This document shows positions 13,275 through 28,303 of a DNA stretch of 64,000 nt, piece by piece. The notes under the pieces are model-generated. The model was not told the DNA's origin, did not search any database, and was given only the letters and a program-made list of their open reading frames with translations. Source of the stretch: Eledone cirrhosa. Taxonomy: Eukaryota. Location: NCBI GenBank assembly GCA_964016885.1, contig OZ024741.1:360964001-361028000 (forward strand), read 5' to 3'. The translations under genes and the position numbers were made by a program. The first letter of the stretch is position 1, and each line of letters starts with the position of its first letter.

Positions 13275-16200
13275 CTCATATTTATTTCTAGTTAGCTTTC
13301 CAGGCTACTTAAATATGTTAACATTAACAAAACTACTGTATATTTACAAAACTAGCATACATTACCAACTGATCCAAAATCCCCTTTGGTTCTATGAAAC
13401 AAAACCATCCATTTTAAACAGTTCCTATTCAAATTAAAATCTTACAACATAAGAACGTTTTGTTGAATTAAGCTACAAATACCATCTTAATGAAACAATT
13501 TTATTAAAACCCACTAAACTCTTCACTAATTAAAATACATTATTTCATTAGAAATGCAGTCATAAAATGGTTAAATACATAGGTATGGCTGCTGTTTTAG
13601 TGATCTGTTTATTGAATTTAGTAAAGAGAAAGAATGTGATGAAGACTTCCCCTAAAAAGAAAAAAAAAAGTAATGACAGCTAATGAATCTTTAGAGTTTA
13701 CTGATTGATCTGCCAAATTCCTTATTTTGACGGAGGAATATATTTAACAAAAACGACATTTAAACAATGGGTACTGAATCCTACCTTTATAGTCCTGTTC
13801 TCGTCCCTGGGGTAAAGCAGCTTTCAAAAAACAAACATGTACAAGTCAACATTGGATAGTAAACAATACAATAGCAGTATCTAGGAACATATTGTAAGAG
13901 AAACATTGGAAACTAGCTATATGAATGAATATTATTTCATCTAATATCACAAGTATCTATGTTCTTCAGGTCAACTTTATTAGGAAAAGAAGTTTGAATA
14001 CGTCCTTAATATTCTAAAACCAAGAAGCTTGAAATATAACAGGGAAACAGTATCCTGGGCCCTGAACCACCTCCCTACTTGCTGCAATCAGGATAGAATT
14101 AGCCATCTGAAAAAATGAGCCATGCAAGTTGGTCTGACTATTTTCAGTGCATCTCACTTATCCTCTGGGATAACACATTCACAATTCTGTCCACTGGGAC
14201 TATAAGGCAACATCTATATGATGTTTTTCAAAAGACATAAAATAGTAGTGTTATTATTTAATTATTTTTTTTACAGTTTTGTTTTGGGTTTTAGCCATCA
14301 GTAAGGAACTTTCAGAATAACAACTTATGGAAAAGAACCTGAAAAATTTGATATGACTAAATTTTTTAAGGGATGTTAGTGTATTTATAAATGAAGATGG
14401 ATCATGAACATCTATCGAGTTCCAAAAGGATAACAGTTTATATAAATATATATTTGGTAGCGATATTGACATATTTATTATAAAGTGACATCAGGGCCAG
14501 ATTAAAACAACTTAGAACCCTGGGCCTCCCAGCACCTTTTCACAAGAAACTTAATGAAAATTTTAAATACATAACTGTAGGCCTATACATAGAATTATCC
14601 AAAGATTCAAGCATTGATCCATCCATGCCAATCTCTAAAATGGAGGTGACACCCAAAGAAAATGAAATGTATTTAATAACAATGATAATATTCTAAATTT
14701 AGACAAAATTGTGTTTCATAGCTATGTTTTAATATATATTTTAAATGGAACAGGGCCCTCTGAACTATGAGGCCCTGAACTGTTGCCTTACTGACAAGAA
14801 CTAAAATAAAAATGAGTGTAGTGTTATTTACCCAATAGAGAAATGAAGAAGGAGATTGATTGGTCTTAGGAAATGTTCAGTTAATAAGAAATAGGTGTCA
14901 ATATAGAGAAAGGATATATGTTGATTAGAAATGAATGAGGAGTACATGACAGCTCTGCTATGGACTGGCATCTCATCCAGGAGAATATTTTTTGGAAATC
15001 TCAGTCAATGCTAATGAAACTGAAGATAAGCTCTGACTAGACAAGCAATATGGTTATATACGATTTATTTACTATTAAGTCATTACAGTGTGGGACATTC
15101 CCACACTGTCTAAATGACTACTAAAGGCTACTATTTAGCTTTGGTTATATGAAATTAAGGTGAGATATGAAGACAATGCAAGTTTATTATAAGTAACATC
15201 TTCCAAAAGTTAGGTGAACTGTTATATGTGGAATAAAGTGTATCCTCACATAAAACAAAATGCCTGCAATCTTATCCACTTCTACTTTTATATTGTAATG
15301 TTTGTATATAAAGGCTTCAATAGAAAACAGAAAACTATACATATGTAGAAAACTGTGTGTATAAATATATATATGTGTGTGTGTGCATGTGTAGAAAACA
15401 ATATACATGCATATATGGAGACACGGTAAAAAGTACCCAGCACACACTGTAATTGTGGTTGCTGCTAGAAAGGGCATCTAGCTGTAGAAAACCAGCCAGA
15501 AACAGTCCTATACGAGTGAGACATGGGCACCCATCCCAACTTGCCTCAAGTGGGACAAGCCCATCTAACCCATGCTAGCATGGAAGATAGATGTTAAATA
15601 ATAATGATGATATATGTGTATGTAGAAAACTGCATCAACATGAATATCTATAGAAACAATTGATCAGAGGAATAATTAAAGATTCTATGTTAGTATGAAA
15701 TTATAATTATAAAACAATATAAAATAACTAAAAATACAAAATACTAGCAACTAAGCTAAAGAGGTGATGTTACAAATGTGTGACTAAACCAGACCAGTAT
15801 AAAAGTTAATAGATTAAAATAACATTTTCTTTAATGGCCACAAGGACTCTAAAATGATAATAATGAAAAACAATAATAACTAGATTAGATACATTAACAA
15901 TAACTCAATGATTATGACAATGGGATGAGTTAGCAAAGATCCAATAACATAAATGATGACAACAGCAATGACAACAGCAATAACAACAACAATGATAAGA
16001 TGGACTAACAAGAGCCCCTCAACCTGCAAGAAACATCAGCCAAATCTGCCTGAAATCACATCCTGCTATATTACAACATGAACACATTCGATAATGTAAT
16101 CCTAGATACACTATGTCTGAATAAAAGGCGTAATGTCATTGATCATATATCTGCTTGATCATGGCTAAATTGTGACTAAACAATAACAAGCTAGATTTTA

Positions 16201-17204
16201 TAACAATATATATTGAGCTGACATTTACAGCTCACAGCTATGTAGGTTTAGCTGGCCTTCTAGAAGGTTGCATTTCATATGTTTCATGTGTGTTTTAATG
16301 ACAGGAGGTCCAAGTCCTATCATGAAAAGCAACATGAAATGAAGCATTATGCTCAAGATCATAACATGCCATCCAGTCCAGGATTCAAACCCTCGACTTT
16401 ATGATCACGTCCAACACTAAACCACACATCTTAATTTATTAGCTGAAACAAAATAGCTGAGCAGGCAGTCTGCCACTGAGTCAACCTTCAAGACAAAATA
16501 GTTCCACTTAGCTAGGAAATGGTTTATTAGAGTAGCATATCATATACCATTATACTTTCTGTAGACTCATCTATTATTACAGTGTAATTCTGTTAAACTT
16601 TATTATCAATAACTAACTGCCTTTTGTTTCATTTTTTGGGGTATTTTTTCTTTCTTAGAAAAGACTATATCTATAGTAAAATAGACAATAAATGAGTTAT
16701 GTGAAAGAAATTGAATAGATTTATAGAAAAGTTTTGAGAACGATTAGTGAAGACTCTAGCTATGGTTGTTACTCAATATGTAAAGCAGTGAAACTTAATA
16801 CTGCAGCAGTAACATTGAGGTTATAATCAATAGTGCAGTATGAGTATTAAAATTAAACATATAAATGGTAATGATACATATATGTGTAGGTCTGTGTGTG
16901 TGTGTGCACGCATGTGCGCCACAAAAAAAAAAAAAAAAAGCATCCGGTCAACACTGTAAGGTGGTCATAATGGTACCATGACAAAAAACACCCAGTTCAC
17001 CAAGTAAGGTAGTAGTGCTGATGCCACAAAATAAAAAGCACCAGTCCATCTTATAAGGTAGTCACACAACAGAAAGCACCCACTCTACCCTGTAAAGTGG
17101 TTAGTGTTAGAAAGAGCATCCAGCCGTAGAAAGCCAAAAATGAAGCTAACAAGTAAGACAGTCACCTGACCCGAAAACAATACAATACACTGATATATAT
17201 TAAT

Positions 17205-17417
17205 TTAACCCTTTAGCATTTAAACCAGCCATATCCAGCCAGAATTCTCTCACCTCTTTCTGTTCAAACTGGCCGCAATCAGTCACTTATACCAATGTTA
17301 AGGTATTGTTCTCAAAATAAACATCAAAATTTTGTAGCTTTGATATTATGTGAGATAATTATGTGAGGTAAAGCCTTTAATAGTAAATATAGAGTAATGT
17401 AAATGCTAAAGGGTTAA
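17205..17417. mobile_element. TTAA MITE family A copy (opposite orientation)
   Basis: ttaaccctttagcattta...taaatgctaaagggttaa with perfect terminal inverted repeats (TIRs). Confidence 0.9.
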
Positions 17418-18223
17418 CACTTGATATAGTAGGAAAAGTGTCTCAAAATTTCAGAAGATAGAATGAGGATGAGAAGAAGAAATAGAAAGATAGATAAGAG
17501 AAGAAAGAAAATGAGGATAACATTTTTCAAGAGGAAAACATGTATATATATATATATTTTTGAGGCCACCTCCGTGACTTGGTGCCTGCTCTACTACACA
17601 ACATACCTGTTGATATTGAATTACGTCTCAATTCACAACCTACAGTATTAAAAACTGACGGACACAATGGATAATGTACAAACTCCTATGTACACTATAC
17701 TCAATAACAAAAATAATAAATGGGATGGTCACAATTGGAATACCTATGATTATAATAGAAACATCTGAGGAAATTTGTGATGTTCTGTGTCAGCAAAAAT
17801 TAATACAAATAAATGAAATAGTGGGACAAGATTTATGCCACTCTACTGTTTGAATTAATTGATCGTAACATGTCTGCTAGATCTGACCTGACCTTGTGCT
17901 AAACAACAACAAATACAATGGACAAAAATTTCAGCTGACAATTGAGGCAACAACATAATTCTTCTTGCTATAGTCATTTAACTAGCAAATCTAATAAATA
18001 ATGTGGAACAGTACAAGATTTTGTAGAGAAAACACTGTCATTTAGTAGTTTTTCTTCTTCCAGTCTTTTAAATTTTCAATTCAAGATTAAGTTGTCATTA
18101 GAATTGTTTTATTTTCGGTTTTCTCGCGCTCTCTCTCTTTCAAGATAAATTTACAGTTGTAAGAGTTGTCAAGGTAATTAATTATGGTGTAGAAACTTGA
18201 TCCATCGTTTCAGTAAGATTGTT

Positions 18224-19180
18224 CATCATCATCATCATCATCAACGTTTAACGTCCGTGTTCCACGCTTGCATGGGTTTGGACGGGGGTAGTCCCACTTG
18301 AGGCAAGAGTGATTGTCTTGCTCGCATAGGACTGTCTGGCAGGTTTTCTACAGTTGGATGCCCTTCCTAACACCAACCACATTTACAGTGTGGGTCTGGG
18401 AGGTTTTTACCGTGTTGCCTACACGGCCACATTACAGCGTGGACTGTGTGTTTTTTTGTCGTGACACCTACACGATCTCATTTGTTTCGGCCTCGATGGC
18501 GCGGCACCAACATAACTTTACATAGAACGGGGTGGTGTGGATCGGGTGGGGGTGGTGGGACGGGGTGTATTTGTTAGAGATGCCTACTGGCTGGAGTAGG
18601 TTTTACTATATATTTAGGTAAGGCGGGTCTTCTCTGTTACTGAGTACCGCCAAAGGTCTCGGTCCAGTGACATTGTCTTGGAGAGGTGTAAGTGTGTGAT
18701 GTCGGAGTTTATCAGCTCGTCCCAGGTTTTTCTAGGTCTGCCTATTCCGTGACTACCGTCTATCTTTATTGCCCTGCACTTTGTTATACAGCTATCGACT
18801 TTCATGCGCATCACGTGTCCATACCAACGTAGCCTTCTCTCGAGTAGACAACATCTGATCCCTCTTATCTCTAATTTATTCCTTAGTTCGTTTATGCTTT
18901 GCCGTTCACGTATATTACTGTTACACATCCAGCGGAGCATGCAAGCTTCGTTCCTCTCTAGTCTGCGTATATCCTCTGCACACAATGCCCAGGTCTCACT
19001 GCCATGCAGCATTGCTGTTCGTATGCAGGCATCGTACAACCTGCCTTTCATTTTTAGTGAGAACCCTTTAGCAGCTAATAGTGGTATAAGCTCTCTGAAC
19101 TTTTTCCAACCAGTTCTGACTCTAGCTACAGTACTTTCAGAGCACCCTCCCCCACTGCTGATTTTATCGCCCAGGTAACA
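18224..19180 (-). mobile_element. RTE-clade LINE, 5'-truncated 3' fragment
   Basis: KGRLYDACIRTAMLHGSETW...RRLRWYGHVMRM...GRPRKTW with a (CAT)n tail on the plus strand. attgttc at both ends is a possible target-site duplication. Confidence 0.92.
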
Positions 19181-21699
19181 TTGTTCTAAATGTTATTTCA
19201 GATACAACGCGTGCACACATGAAAAACAGATGGCAGTATTTTCATCAGCATCATTTTACATCTGCTTTCCATACTGGCATGTGTTGCAGGGTTTGTCATA
19301 GTCCAAGCCAGGGCAACCTCATCTTGCTCATATGTTCCATATTTAGCACAATTTCTACGGTTAAAAACTCTTCCTAACACAAACTACCTTACAGGGTATA
19401 CAGGGTGCAATTTTCATGGCACCAGCACTAGAGAGGTTAACAGACTGAAATGTCCTCTCAACCTTATGCAGCCTCCATCTGATTACCAACATTAACCTCT
19501 GGTCTTCACCACTTTCACTTTACTGTCACAATGCTTGTATTGGTGGATGTTCTTTTGTATCATAGGCAGTCAGCTTGGTCATGTATCATCTCCTTCATGA
19601 AGCTCAGTATTTTGTAATACTTATATTAATTGAGAACAAAAGAGCAGTGAATTAGTAAAATTGTTTGAGCATAGAACAAAATATCTTGCATTTAGTTATG
19701 GCTGAGTTAAAAGTATTGGCAAAACCATTAGAGCATTACACTAATTGTTCTGCTGCTTTGTTCTGAGTTCAAATCTTGCTGAGGTCAACTTTGCTGTTCA
19801 TCCTTTAGGGATCAATAAAATAAGGTACCAGTTAAGTATTGAGATCAACTACTGGCCTTGTGCTTAAATTAGAAACAATCAGGAACAAATGTTAAGAGAA
19901 TAAGGTGTCAATTTGCTGAGAGTAAGTTCAATTCTTACTAATATGTGTTGTCGCCCAAAGAAAGCACCTAATTCTGTTCCAGTTTGTTGAGTAAATCTGA
20001 GGCACTGAGACCTTGGTCCATGGACTGATATTTCCTCTGCCAAATAAGGATGAGGGGATCAAGCCTGAGAAAGGAGCATCATAAGGTAGGATGACTGATA
20101 CAATGAGTATTCTTGTCTGTTCTCCATGGCAACATTTCTGCAATCATGTCTGCAGGGTGCAGCTAAAAATATACTCTCCAGCCAAGAATGTAGAGAATAT
20201 CCGTCAACCCTGATTGAGCAGACATGACATGGTGGCAGTTTGACCAATGACTAAGTTCAATAGCCATAGATCCAAATATCCAACCTTATTTCCTAGTTGA
20301 GTAGCTGCTTCGAAATAAATTTGTCATGGTGGAATTAGAAACTGGTATGGTCTCTCTTCCCTTCCTCAATGCTGATGGTCAGGGACCAAGAACAATTGCA
20401 CCAATGTTCATCTATATGACGCAGTATGTCCATGACATTGGTGAGTCCTGAATCCTCATCTGACCGTTACAAAAAAGCTGGCTACCAAGTTGCAGCTCAT
20501 CTCGACTTCATCACAAGGATGAAGCTGTTGCCCACTTGAAAGGTTGTCACCAAGGTAACTAAGGTGTACCATCTGCCCCGAGACAGACTGTCAACCAAGG
20601 CTAATGAGCTCTACCATTTTTTTTTTTTTCTGGATGGTCATTGACTCTCTTGACTAACTCTGCCCTTTGGCAGGTTTTGTTTTTCATCCCAAAAGTGTTC
20701 AAAAATCACTCTCCTCACTAAGCAAGCTTGGTGGGGTTGCTGGTTTAGCCACCAAGTCACAACCATTTAATAGGTTGTACTTGGTCACATTACCAGTAGG
20801 GTTGACCAATGTAAAATATGGTAAACATAAACTGTGGACAAGCCTGTCATATATGTTTGTGTGTGTGTGTATTTACATGTAGTTTGTTTATCCCATAAAA
20901 AGAGATCAATAAAATAAGTACCAGACTTGACAAAAAAGTACTGGGGAGTGGATATGATTGACTAAATTCCCTCCACACAAGGTGGTGCCCCAGCATGGCT
21001 GCAATCTAATGGTTGATGGTAGTAGAAAAATTACAAGAATAAAAGAATACTACTCTACTAAAGATTTTATAATAAACAGAGAAGCCATTTAATTACCACA
21101 AATACAAATTACCTTATATTCATCTTTTACTTAGTCATGTGTTTTGTTTCTTGAAATGATATAGCAATGTAATAATCTATTTTATTTCTTAATTACTTGA
21201 AAAGTTTTCCTAAATGCTAGCTGCAGTTAGGCTTCATATGTTGCAAAGTAGATAAGGAAAAGATTTTTTCTTTTTGTCAGAATATGAATAAGTCATTGTC
21301 AGCAAAAAATGTCAAATCATTGGAAAATATTGTAACATGCCTATGTGGTTAAGGAGTTTGCTTCATAATTACATGGTTTCAGCTTCAGTCACACTGCATG
21401 GTAATTTCTACTACAGCCTCGGGTTGTCAAATACCTTATCAGTGAAATTTTGTTGAAGGAGAATTAATTATATGACAGCTTTTGTGTGTGTGTATACGTG
21501 GACTCCATAAGCTGTAGTAAAGGCAACCCGTTTAGGAGAGCACATACTGAATAAAAACTGATATAGGGTGGAAAGGACTTTTGAGTCCAGTAAGACAATA
21601 GGAAGGGCATCCAGCCAGAAAAAAACCTGCCAAAATTACAGAAATCAAAATACATAAGAATTCCATTAATTGCGTATACAGGGCTAACACTAGTCCTGT

Positions 21700-24294
21700 T
21701 AGTGATATGCACAGTAGTGGGGTGGCTAGAGTAGCCATGTGCGAGAACCTCTCGACTGTCATCAAGCAGTCACACAGCTTTTTTCCTTTTCAGGTAAAAA
21801 GAATTACCACTCAAAGAACTAACGATTGTCAAGTTACACATCTCAGGACTGCCACTCTCAATGTTGCCACTCTGAAAGATAAATCAGGTGAAAATGTGGA
21901 GCTGTTAGAGAGGAGGGAAGTGGATGTATGCTGTGTACGTGAGAGGAGATAGAGGGGTGCTGCAGTGAGACTGCTCACAGGCAAACACCATAAATACAAA
22001 CTTTACTGGGGAGGAATTGATGATGGGGTAGGTAGTGTAGGCATTCTACTAGCTGAGAAATGGATAGATAAGGTGATAGAGGTAATTAGAGAAATTACAG
22101 AATTATCAAGCTTAGAATGGTTGTAAGAAATAGAATGCTGACAATTAAATCTATCTATGCACCACAAGCAAGACTGAGTAAAGAACAAAAGGACAGGTTC
22201 TATGAGGAACTTTTACTGACAAACTCATTTATTGATGAAAGACTTCATCTTGGCAGGCAACTTCAATGGACATGTTGGACAATATCAGGATGGATTCACT
22301 GGAGTTCATGGTGGCTATGGTTATGGCTCAAGAAATGAAGAAGGAGTGAGGATCCTGGAATTCTGTGATGCAAATGAACTAACCATTTGCAACACAAATT
22401 TCAGGAAACCGGTTAGTTATCTGATCACATACCAATCAAACAAACACACAAGCCAGATTGATTTTACTTGTAAGATGATATAGAGGGACAGTAATAAATG
22501 TCAAGGCCTTCCGTGGGGAAGAATGTGCTGCCCTACATAAGTTAGTTATTATTGACATCAAAATAAACACAAAATGGAACAGAATAAACACAAGACAGGA
22601 AGATATGGAAACAGAGGGTTTGGAAGCTAAATATAGATTTAGAAAGGCCTTATGGGATGCATTTGATGAGATGAAAAATTATTGGAAATTCTTACGTGAC
22701 AACCTATTGCAAACTACTGATGAAAATTGTGGCTGATGCTTTGCTCAAGCCATACAGAGGGTGTTCTGGTAGTGGAGCAATTAAAGCCAAGAAACAGGTG
22801 TGGAAAAACTGGAAAAATAGGGGCAACAGAGACCAGTACCACATAGCTAAGACAGAAGTTAAACGACAGGTATACATAGCTTGGAAAGAGGCTTAAGAAA
22901 GAAAGTTTGCCAATGTCTTGCAACATAAGGATCAGATGAACTATTTTGCATTGCAAGCATTACAGATGCCCTCTTAGTAAGACAACTACAAGAGAAGTTC
23001 CGAATCAAGAATAAGCAACTATATTTAGCTGTTGTTGATCTAAAAAAAGGCTTTTGACAGAGTACCTCAATCTGTTATCTGCTGGTCCTTAAGTGTAGAA
23101 GAATGGAGGAGAGAGCAGTGCAAGCCATGTACAGAGAAGCCGTCAGTAAAGTGAGAGTAGGAAGTGAGTTTAGTGAAGAATTCAAGGTACAGGTAAGAGT
23201 TCATCAAGATTCAGTTCTCAGCCTACTACTGTTCATTATAGTTCTCCAGGCTATAACAGAAGGGTTTAAGACTGACTGCTTATGGGAACTTCTCTATGTA
23301 GATGATCTGGTCCTTATAGCTGAATCCATAAAAGATTAGAGAATAAGTTTTAATTATGAAAACAGAATTTGCAATCAAAAGGACAGAGTAAACTTAGCCA
23401 AATCTAAAATGATAGAAAGTAGGAAAGAAGATAGGACCCTGATTCCTTCAGGGAAGTGGCCTTGCTCAATATGTAGAGAAGGAGTAGGCATAAACTCTAA
23501 ATGATGTACACAATGTAAATATTGGGTACACAAGAGATGTAGTGGGATAACAAGTAGACTAGCAGGAAGGGTAGACTTTGTATTTAGAAGATGCACATTG
23601 TTAATCAACAGGAAGAGTGTCAGTGATATGAACCTTTTCCAATCACAAAGGATCCATAAAAGTGGTTGATAGCGTCTGCTATCTATGTGACCTAATTAGC
23701 AGCAAAAGAGAGTGCTCCGAGAGCATAACTAGAATAAGGATAGGATGAAAGAAGTTTAGAGAGCTACTCCCACTGTTAACAACAAAAGGTTTCTCCCTAT
23801 ACACAAAAGGATAGCTGTGACACCTGTGTGCTAAGTGTGATACTGCATGGTAGTGAAACAGACAGTGACTGCAGATGAAACAGACAGTGACTGCAGAGGA
23901 CATGCATAGGTCAGAGAGAATTGAAACCACCATGCTTCATTGAATGTGCAATGTAAACATGAGAAAGGCAGAGCTTGGATGAATTGAAGGAGAAACTGGG
24001 TTTAAGAGGAATCCAAAGTGGTGTGCAAGAGAGAAGACTGCATTGGTGCGGACATGTGATGTGCATGGATGATAATTGCCGAGTGAAGAAGTGTCAGAAA
24101 ATCCCAGTGGAAGGAAGCCGCATTACAGGTAGACCAAAGAAGACCTGGGCAAAGATGACAAAGGCTGATCTCAAATCACTAAGACTCACAGAGGAGATGA
24201 CAAAGGAATGCAATGAATAGAGAGATACTGTATTGAAAACGATTTGTCCATCACATGCAAGCATGCAAAAAATGGACGTAAAAATGATGATGAT
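21700..24294 (+). mobile_element. Degraded, internally deleted RTE LINE with AP endonuclease, reverse transcriptase, PHD finger and C-terminus
   Basis: Endonuclease motifs LRTATLNVATL, SIYAPQ, GNFNGHVG, SQIDF; reverse transcriptase (RT) motifs HQDSVLSLLLF, LLYVDDLVL; a Cys/His finger at about 23452-23595; RRLHWCGHV...GRPKKTW; (GAT)n tail. It has many stops and frameshifts. Confidence 0.92.
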
Positions 24295-25379
24295 ATACAT
24301 ATATTAAACTCCGTTCCTGCACCATGGATGAGTTGCCTAACAGAGTGCTTTTTTTACTATTACATGGTTTGCTAACTGGAATAACGAGTTCTACCCATTG
24401 GTAAACCACACAACATAAATGGAATACTCCTGTTGCAGTCAAGCACTTTGTGATGTAATGGAGAACCAAAGCCCTAACCCCAATATAGGAGGAACTACCA
24501 CTCCAGGACAAAGTGATTTGCTGAAACAGTCTACATCAAAGCCTGGACCCAACCATACACAGCCACATATACCCATATGGACCAACCATCCTTACGGGGT
24601 CGATAAAATAAAGTACCAGTAATGCACTGGGTATTTGCTGGCCTTGTGCCTAAAGTAGAAACAATTATATTTGACAGACTCTCTAAATTGTTTGATGCAT
24701 CCACAGAATCCTTTCTGATTCTAATTGACTTTCTATATCTTGTATTGAGTTTTTACTTTTATAGCTTAATGTTTATCAGATATTTATATTGAATGTTACA
24801 TTTTATATCTTACATTACATCTTATTCGATTCATTTTATTTTATTTCTATTTTCATTATATTTTATATTTCAAATATAATTTGTGTACACCTTATCCTAT
24901 AATTTACCTGTTATCTTATACTTTATATGTGATATAATTTTCTAATACCGCATGTCTCAGTAGGGTCTCCATAAAAATAGCTTCAACTAGGCATTAATTA
25001 TTATCAATCAATAATTGCTTTTCACTACCTCTTTTACTTCTTTACTATCCCTTAATTAGATATCTAATTATCCACCACCACCTCACCACCCCGCAATGTA
25101 ATTACCTCTTAACATTTGATATAGTTCTTTTGTATAATAATAACTACATTAGGGACAAACATACTACCTATCGTAAAATTTGCCCTTAATCTACACCTTA
25201 CTTTTCTATATTTTTATATTTTCCGTATTACAAACACTCACATACAAGCGTGAATTAGATTACTTTAATCAATTACTTTTAACGAATCACTGACATTAAG
25301 ATTACAATTACTCTATAATATTTATATTTCTTAATGTATTTTTCGTAATTCATTTTTCTTAATTTATTCAACTACAATT

Positions 25380-25655
25380 TTTTTCCATATGCTGACATGT
25401 ATGTACGTACATTTATGTTTATATAAATACGCAAACAGACACACTTACAAAAATACACTCAGACATACATTCACACAAACACATTTACACAGACACACAC
25501 ATACACAGCATAGTTTTTTCACCATCCCCTTCCTTCCTTTTACACACGTACATTCATGCAGGCAGGCAGATGTAAAGAGAGAGGAGTAGTATGAGGTAGT
25601 CAAACTACTCTCTTTACGTGTTGTGACAGAATCGCAGAAATTTATATATAAATGT
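25380..25655 (-). mobile_element. Interspersed repeat (possibly Helitron-like), related to 47730-47960
   Basis: Both copies share cagacatacattcacacaaacaca...tttttcaccatcc..ttccttccttttacacac...gtgac...aaatttatatataa. Confidence 0.45.
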
Positions 25656-26207
25656 GACAGTAAACCCTACTTTTTATAACCTTTTATGATTTTTCTAATC
25701 CTTTATACTTTTATAGCACTTATCTCCTTTAATTTTCTTGACCATCACACTATGCTGGTTTTTGGCCATGGTCTAATGACAGAGTTTAGTACCCCTAATC
25801 TTTGTAGCAGCTGACTGTTTGGATCTGACTAACAGTATGGCATATGAACAGCAGAATTTCTGTCACCATCAAACAACCTCTCACCCCGTTTAGTCATACC
25901 TACTAAAGCCACAATATTTAGCACGGATTAGTGTGTTATTCGGAGATGGTTTGCTGCAACAATGAACACCAAATTTGCAGGCCATCTCAGAATCAAGTAT
26001 GTTCTCTAGTCTCTGTGTTTGCTGTAATTCCTTTTATTGATTAACTAATTATGTAATCCACACTTGATGATGTTGCCTAGACCTTACATCATGATCAGAT
26101 GATGTAACTAGGCCATTGAAATATGTATAGTGCTTTTTGCAACATTAAAACTTTAAAGGGATATTTCCAGTCCAGCCTTCCGTTTTAAATAAATATATTA
26201 AACATGC

Positions 26208-26397
26208 TTAACCCTTTAGCATTTAAACCGGCCATATCTGGCCAGAATTCTCTCACCTCTTTCACTTCAAACTGGCTACTCATTCTGACATTAAGGTATT
26301 ATTCTCAAAATAAATAACATCAAAATCTCGTAGATTCGATATTATGCGAGATAATTACAATAGTATATATAGAGTAATGCAAATGCTAAAGGGTTAA
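26208..26397. mobile_element. TTAA MITE family A copy (opposite orientation)
   Basis: ttaaccctttagcattt...aaatgctaaagggttaa. Confidence 0.9.
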
Positions 26398-28117
26398 GAA
26401 TGCTTAGGTTACACAAATATATACCTCTCAATAATCATTTACATTATATTGAAGTGAAATATTGTGAATACTACTGTAAACAAAAGCATCTGACCAGTGT
26501 CTTTCCAGCTGTGTGGCCAACAGTGAATTGTGCATTTAATCTCACCTTCTATTCTTTGGATAGGAATAAAACCAAATATTTAACCCTTTTGTCACCATAT
26601 TTCTATGCCTATGATTTTCAAATAATTGTGAAAACAATCAAGAATTTGCATGAATTTAGGAATATAACTAACTTTCTCATTATTAAGCTAGCATTTGGAA
26701 TATAGCTTAACAAATGTTCTTACATAAAATTATGATGAAAGAATTTTAGATAAATATTAATATTTTAAAACTTATGTATTAGAATCAGGAGTGGTTTCAG
26801 GCAGATATAAAAAAAAAAAGAGGAAAAAATTAGATGAAATTTTATACAAGTTGTTAGTGTAAAGTATTAAAAATACTGAAACATTGTTCTCTGGGGAATG
26901 ACTTCAAATACAATGATTTAATGTAGATATAGACACTGATACAATTTTTTAGCAAACAGGCTGTAAAATAGAAAATATTTTGAACATTTATTTAGTTTCA
27001 AGTAGGCATGATTTATGTGGTTAATTTACTACTAGGTTCAGACTCACAGAGTAAGGAACTTCTACAAAACCTTGTGAGGGAAATTTGGTTAGTGGGAAAC
27101 TATGAAAGCCTGGTGTATATGCATGTGTATGTCTAACACAGAGATAACCAAATAAACCAGCGCATTGCACAGGCATTCCATTGCCACTCAAGTCAGTGCC
27201 AGTGATTGGCCTGTAATCACTAATGCTATATATTTTTTTAAATAAGGAAAGAAAATAAATTAACACAACCAATGAAGGAATAAACCTTTGTCTACATATA
27301 AAGATATAATACATTTGGTAAATATTAGATGGTAATTTAAACAGAAAGCCACATAAAAATAGTAAAGTCAACTAGTCAGTCAGGAAGCCAAACAACAGTG
27401 ATATTCTGTAACTAGCAGAAAATATTTGTTGATGTCAGACTTAACACAGTCCTCAGCTCAGTAATTTGACATGTGAAGATCAGTGGAAAAAGTACCTTAA
27501 GACATAGAATACTGCCTCCAAATATGTCAATGGATGTTGTTAGATTGAAATTATGCAGAAGGCCATTGCGTGCGTGTTGGGGGGGGGGGGGTATTTTTAT
27601 TGTTAGTTTATGTCCAGTAACCTAGCAGTTCAGCAAAAAGATATCAAAATAAGACTCAGACTTGTAAAAAAAAATAAGTACTGGAATCAATATGATCACT
27701 AAAAATCCCTTGAAAGTAGTGTTCCAACCTGACTGCAGTCTAATGACTGAAAAGAATAAAAGAATATACACACATTTATATACATAATGTGTTTACATAT
27801 ATGTTTGAAAAATGAAATTCAAAGCTCACACCTACACAAGATTAGCTGGCTTCCTACAAGGTTGCATCTCATGGGAGGTTTCTTGGGTGTTTTCATGATA
27901 GGAATGGGGGCCCTATCATGAAAAGCAATGTGAAATTAGGTGTCTTGCTCAAGAAAATGTCCCACCCAGTTCAGGAATCAAACCTATAACCTTATAATAC
28001 TAAGTCCAATACCCTAACTACAAGGTTAACATGCTTCAACTATGCAAGTTTATATATTTAACAGAGAGAAGGAGAAAAAAGGAAGAAAAGCAAGATAGGA
28101 TAGACAAGTATTATTTA

Positions 28118-28303
28118 GTGGACTGGCAGTATCGGTAGAGGGTCGGACGCCAGGCTTTCCAGCATAGTTACGTCCCTTTACGATCCGAGTTCAAATCCTG
28201 CCGAGGTTGACTTTGCCTTTCATCCTTCCGGGGTCGATAAAATAAAGTACCAGTAATGCACTGGGTGATTGCTGGCCTTGTGCCTAAAGTAGAAACAATT
28301 ATT
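28118..28303 (+). mobile_element. Meta-like SINE copy
   Basis: Same head, core and tail as 3013-3204. Confidence 0.85.

Noticed and set aside
19930-20800. GC-richer block with IVSVILPYDAP, resembling a non-LTR endonuclease, and an X-box-like gttctccatggcaac
   Set aside because: It is too decayed to classify; the motif is probably a chance match within old transposon sequence.
21700-24294. Potentially active full-length LINE
   Set aside because: It has numerous stops, frameshifts, a large internal deletion before the RT core and a YVDD rather than YADD motif.
27021-27371. 116-aa minus-strand ORF
   Set aside because: It runs through a repeat fragment and AT-rich intron sequence, with no recognisable domain or consistent splice signals.
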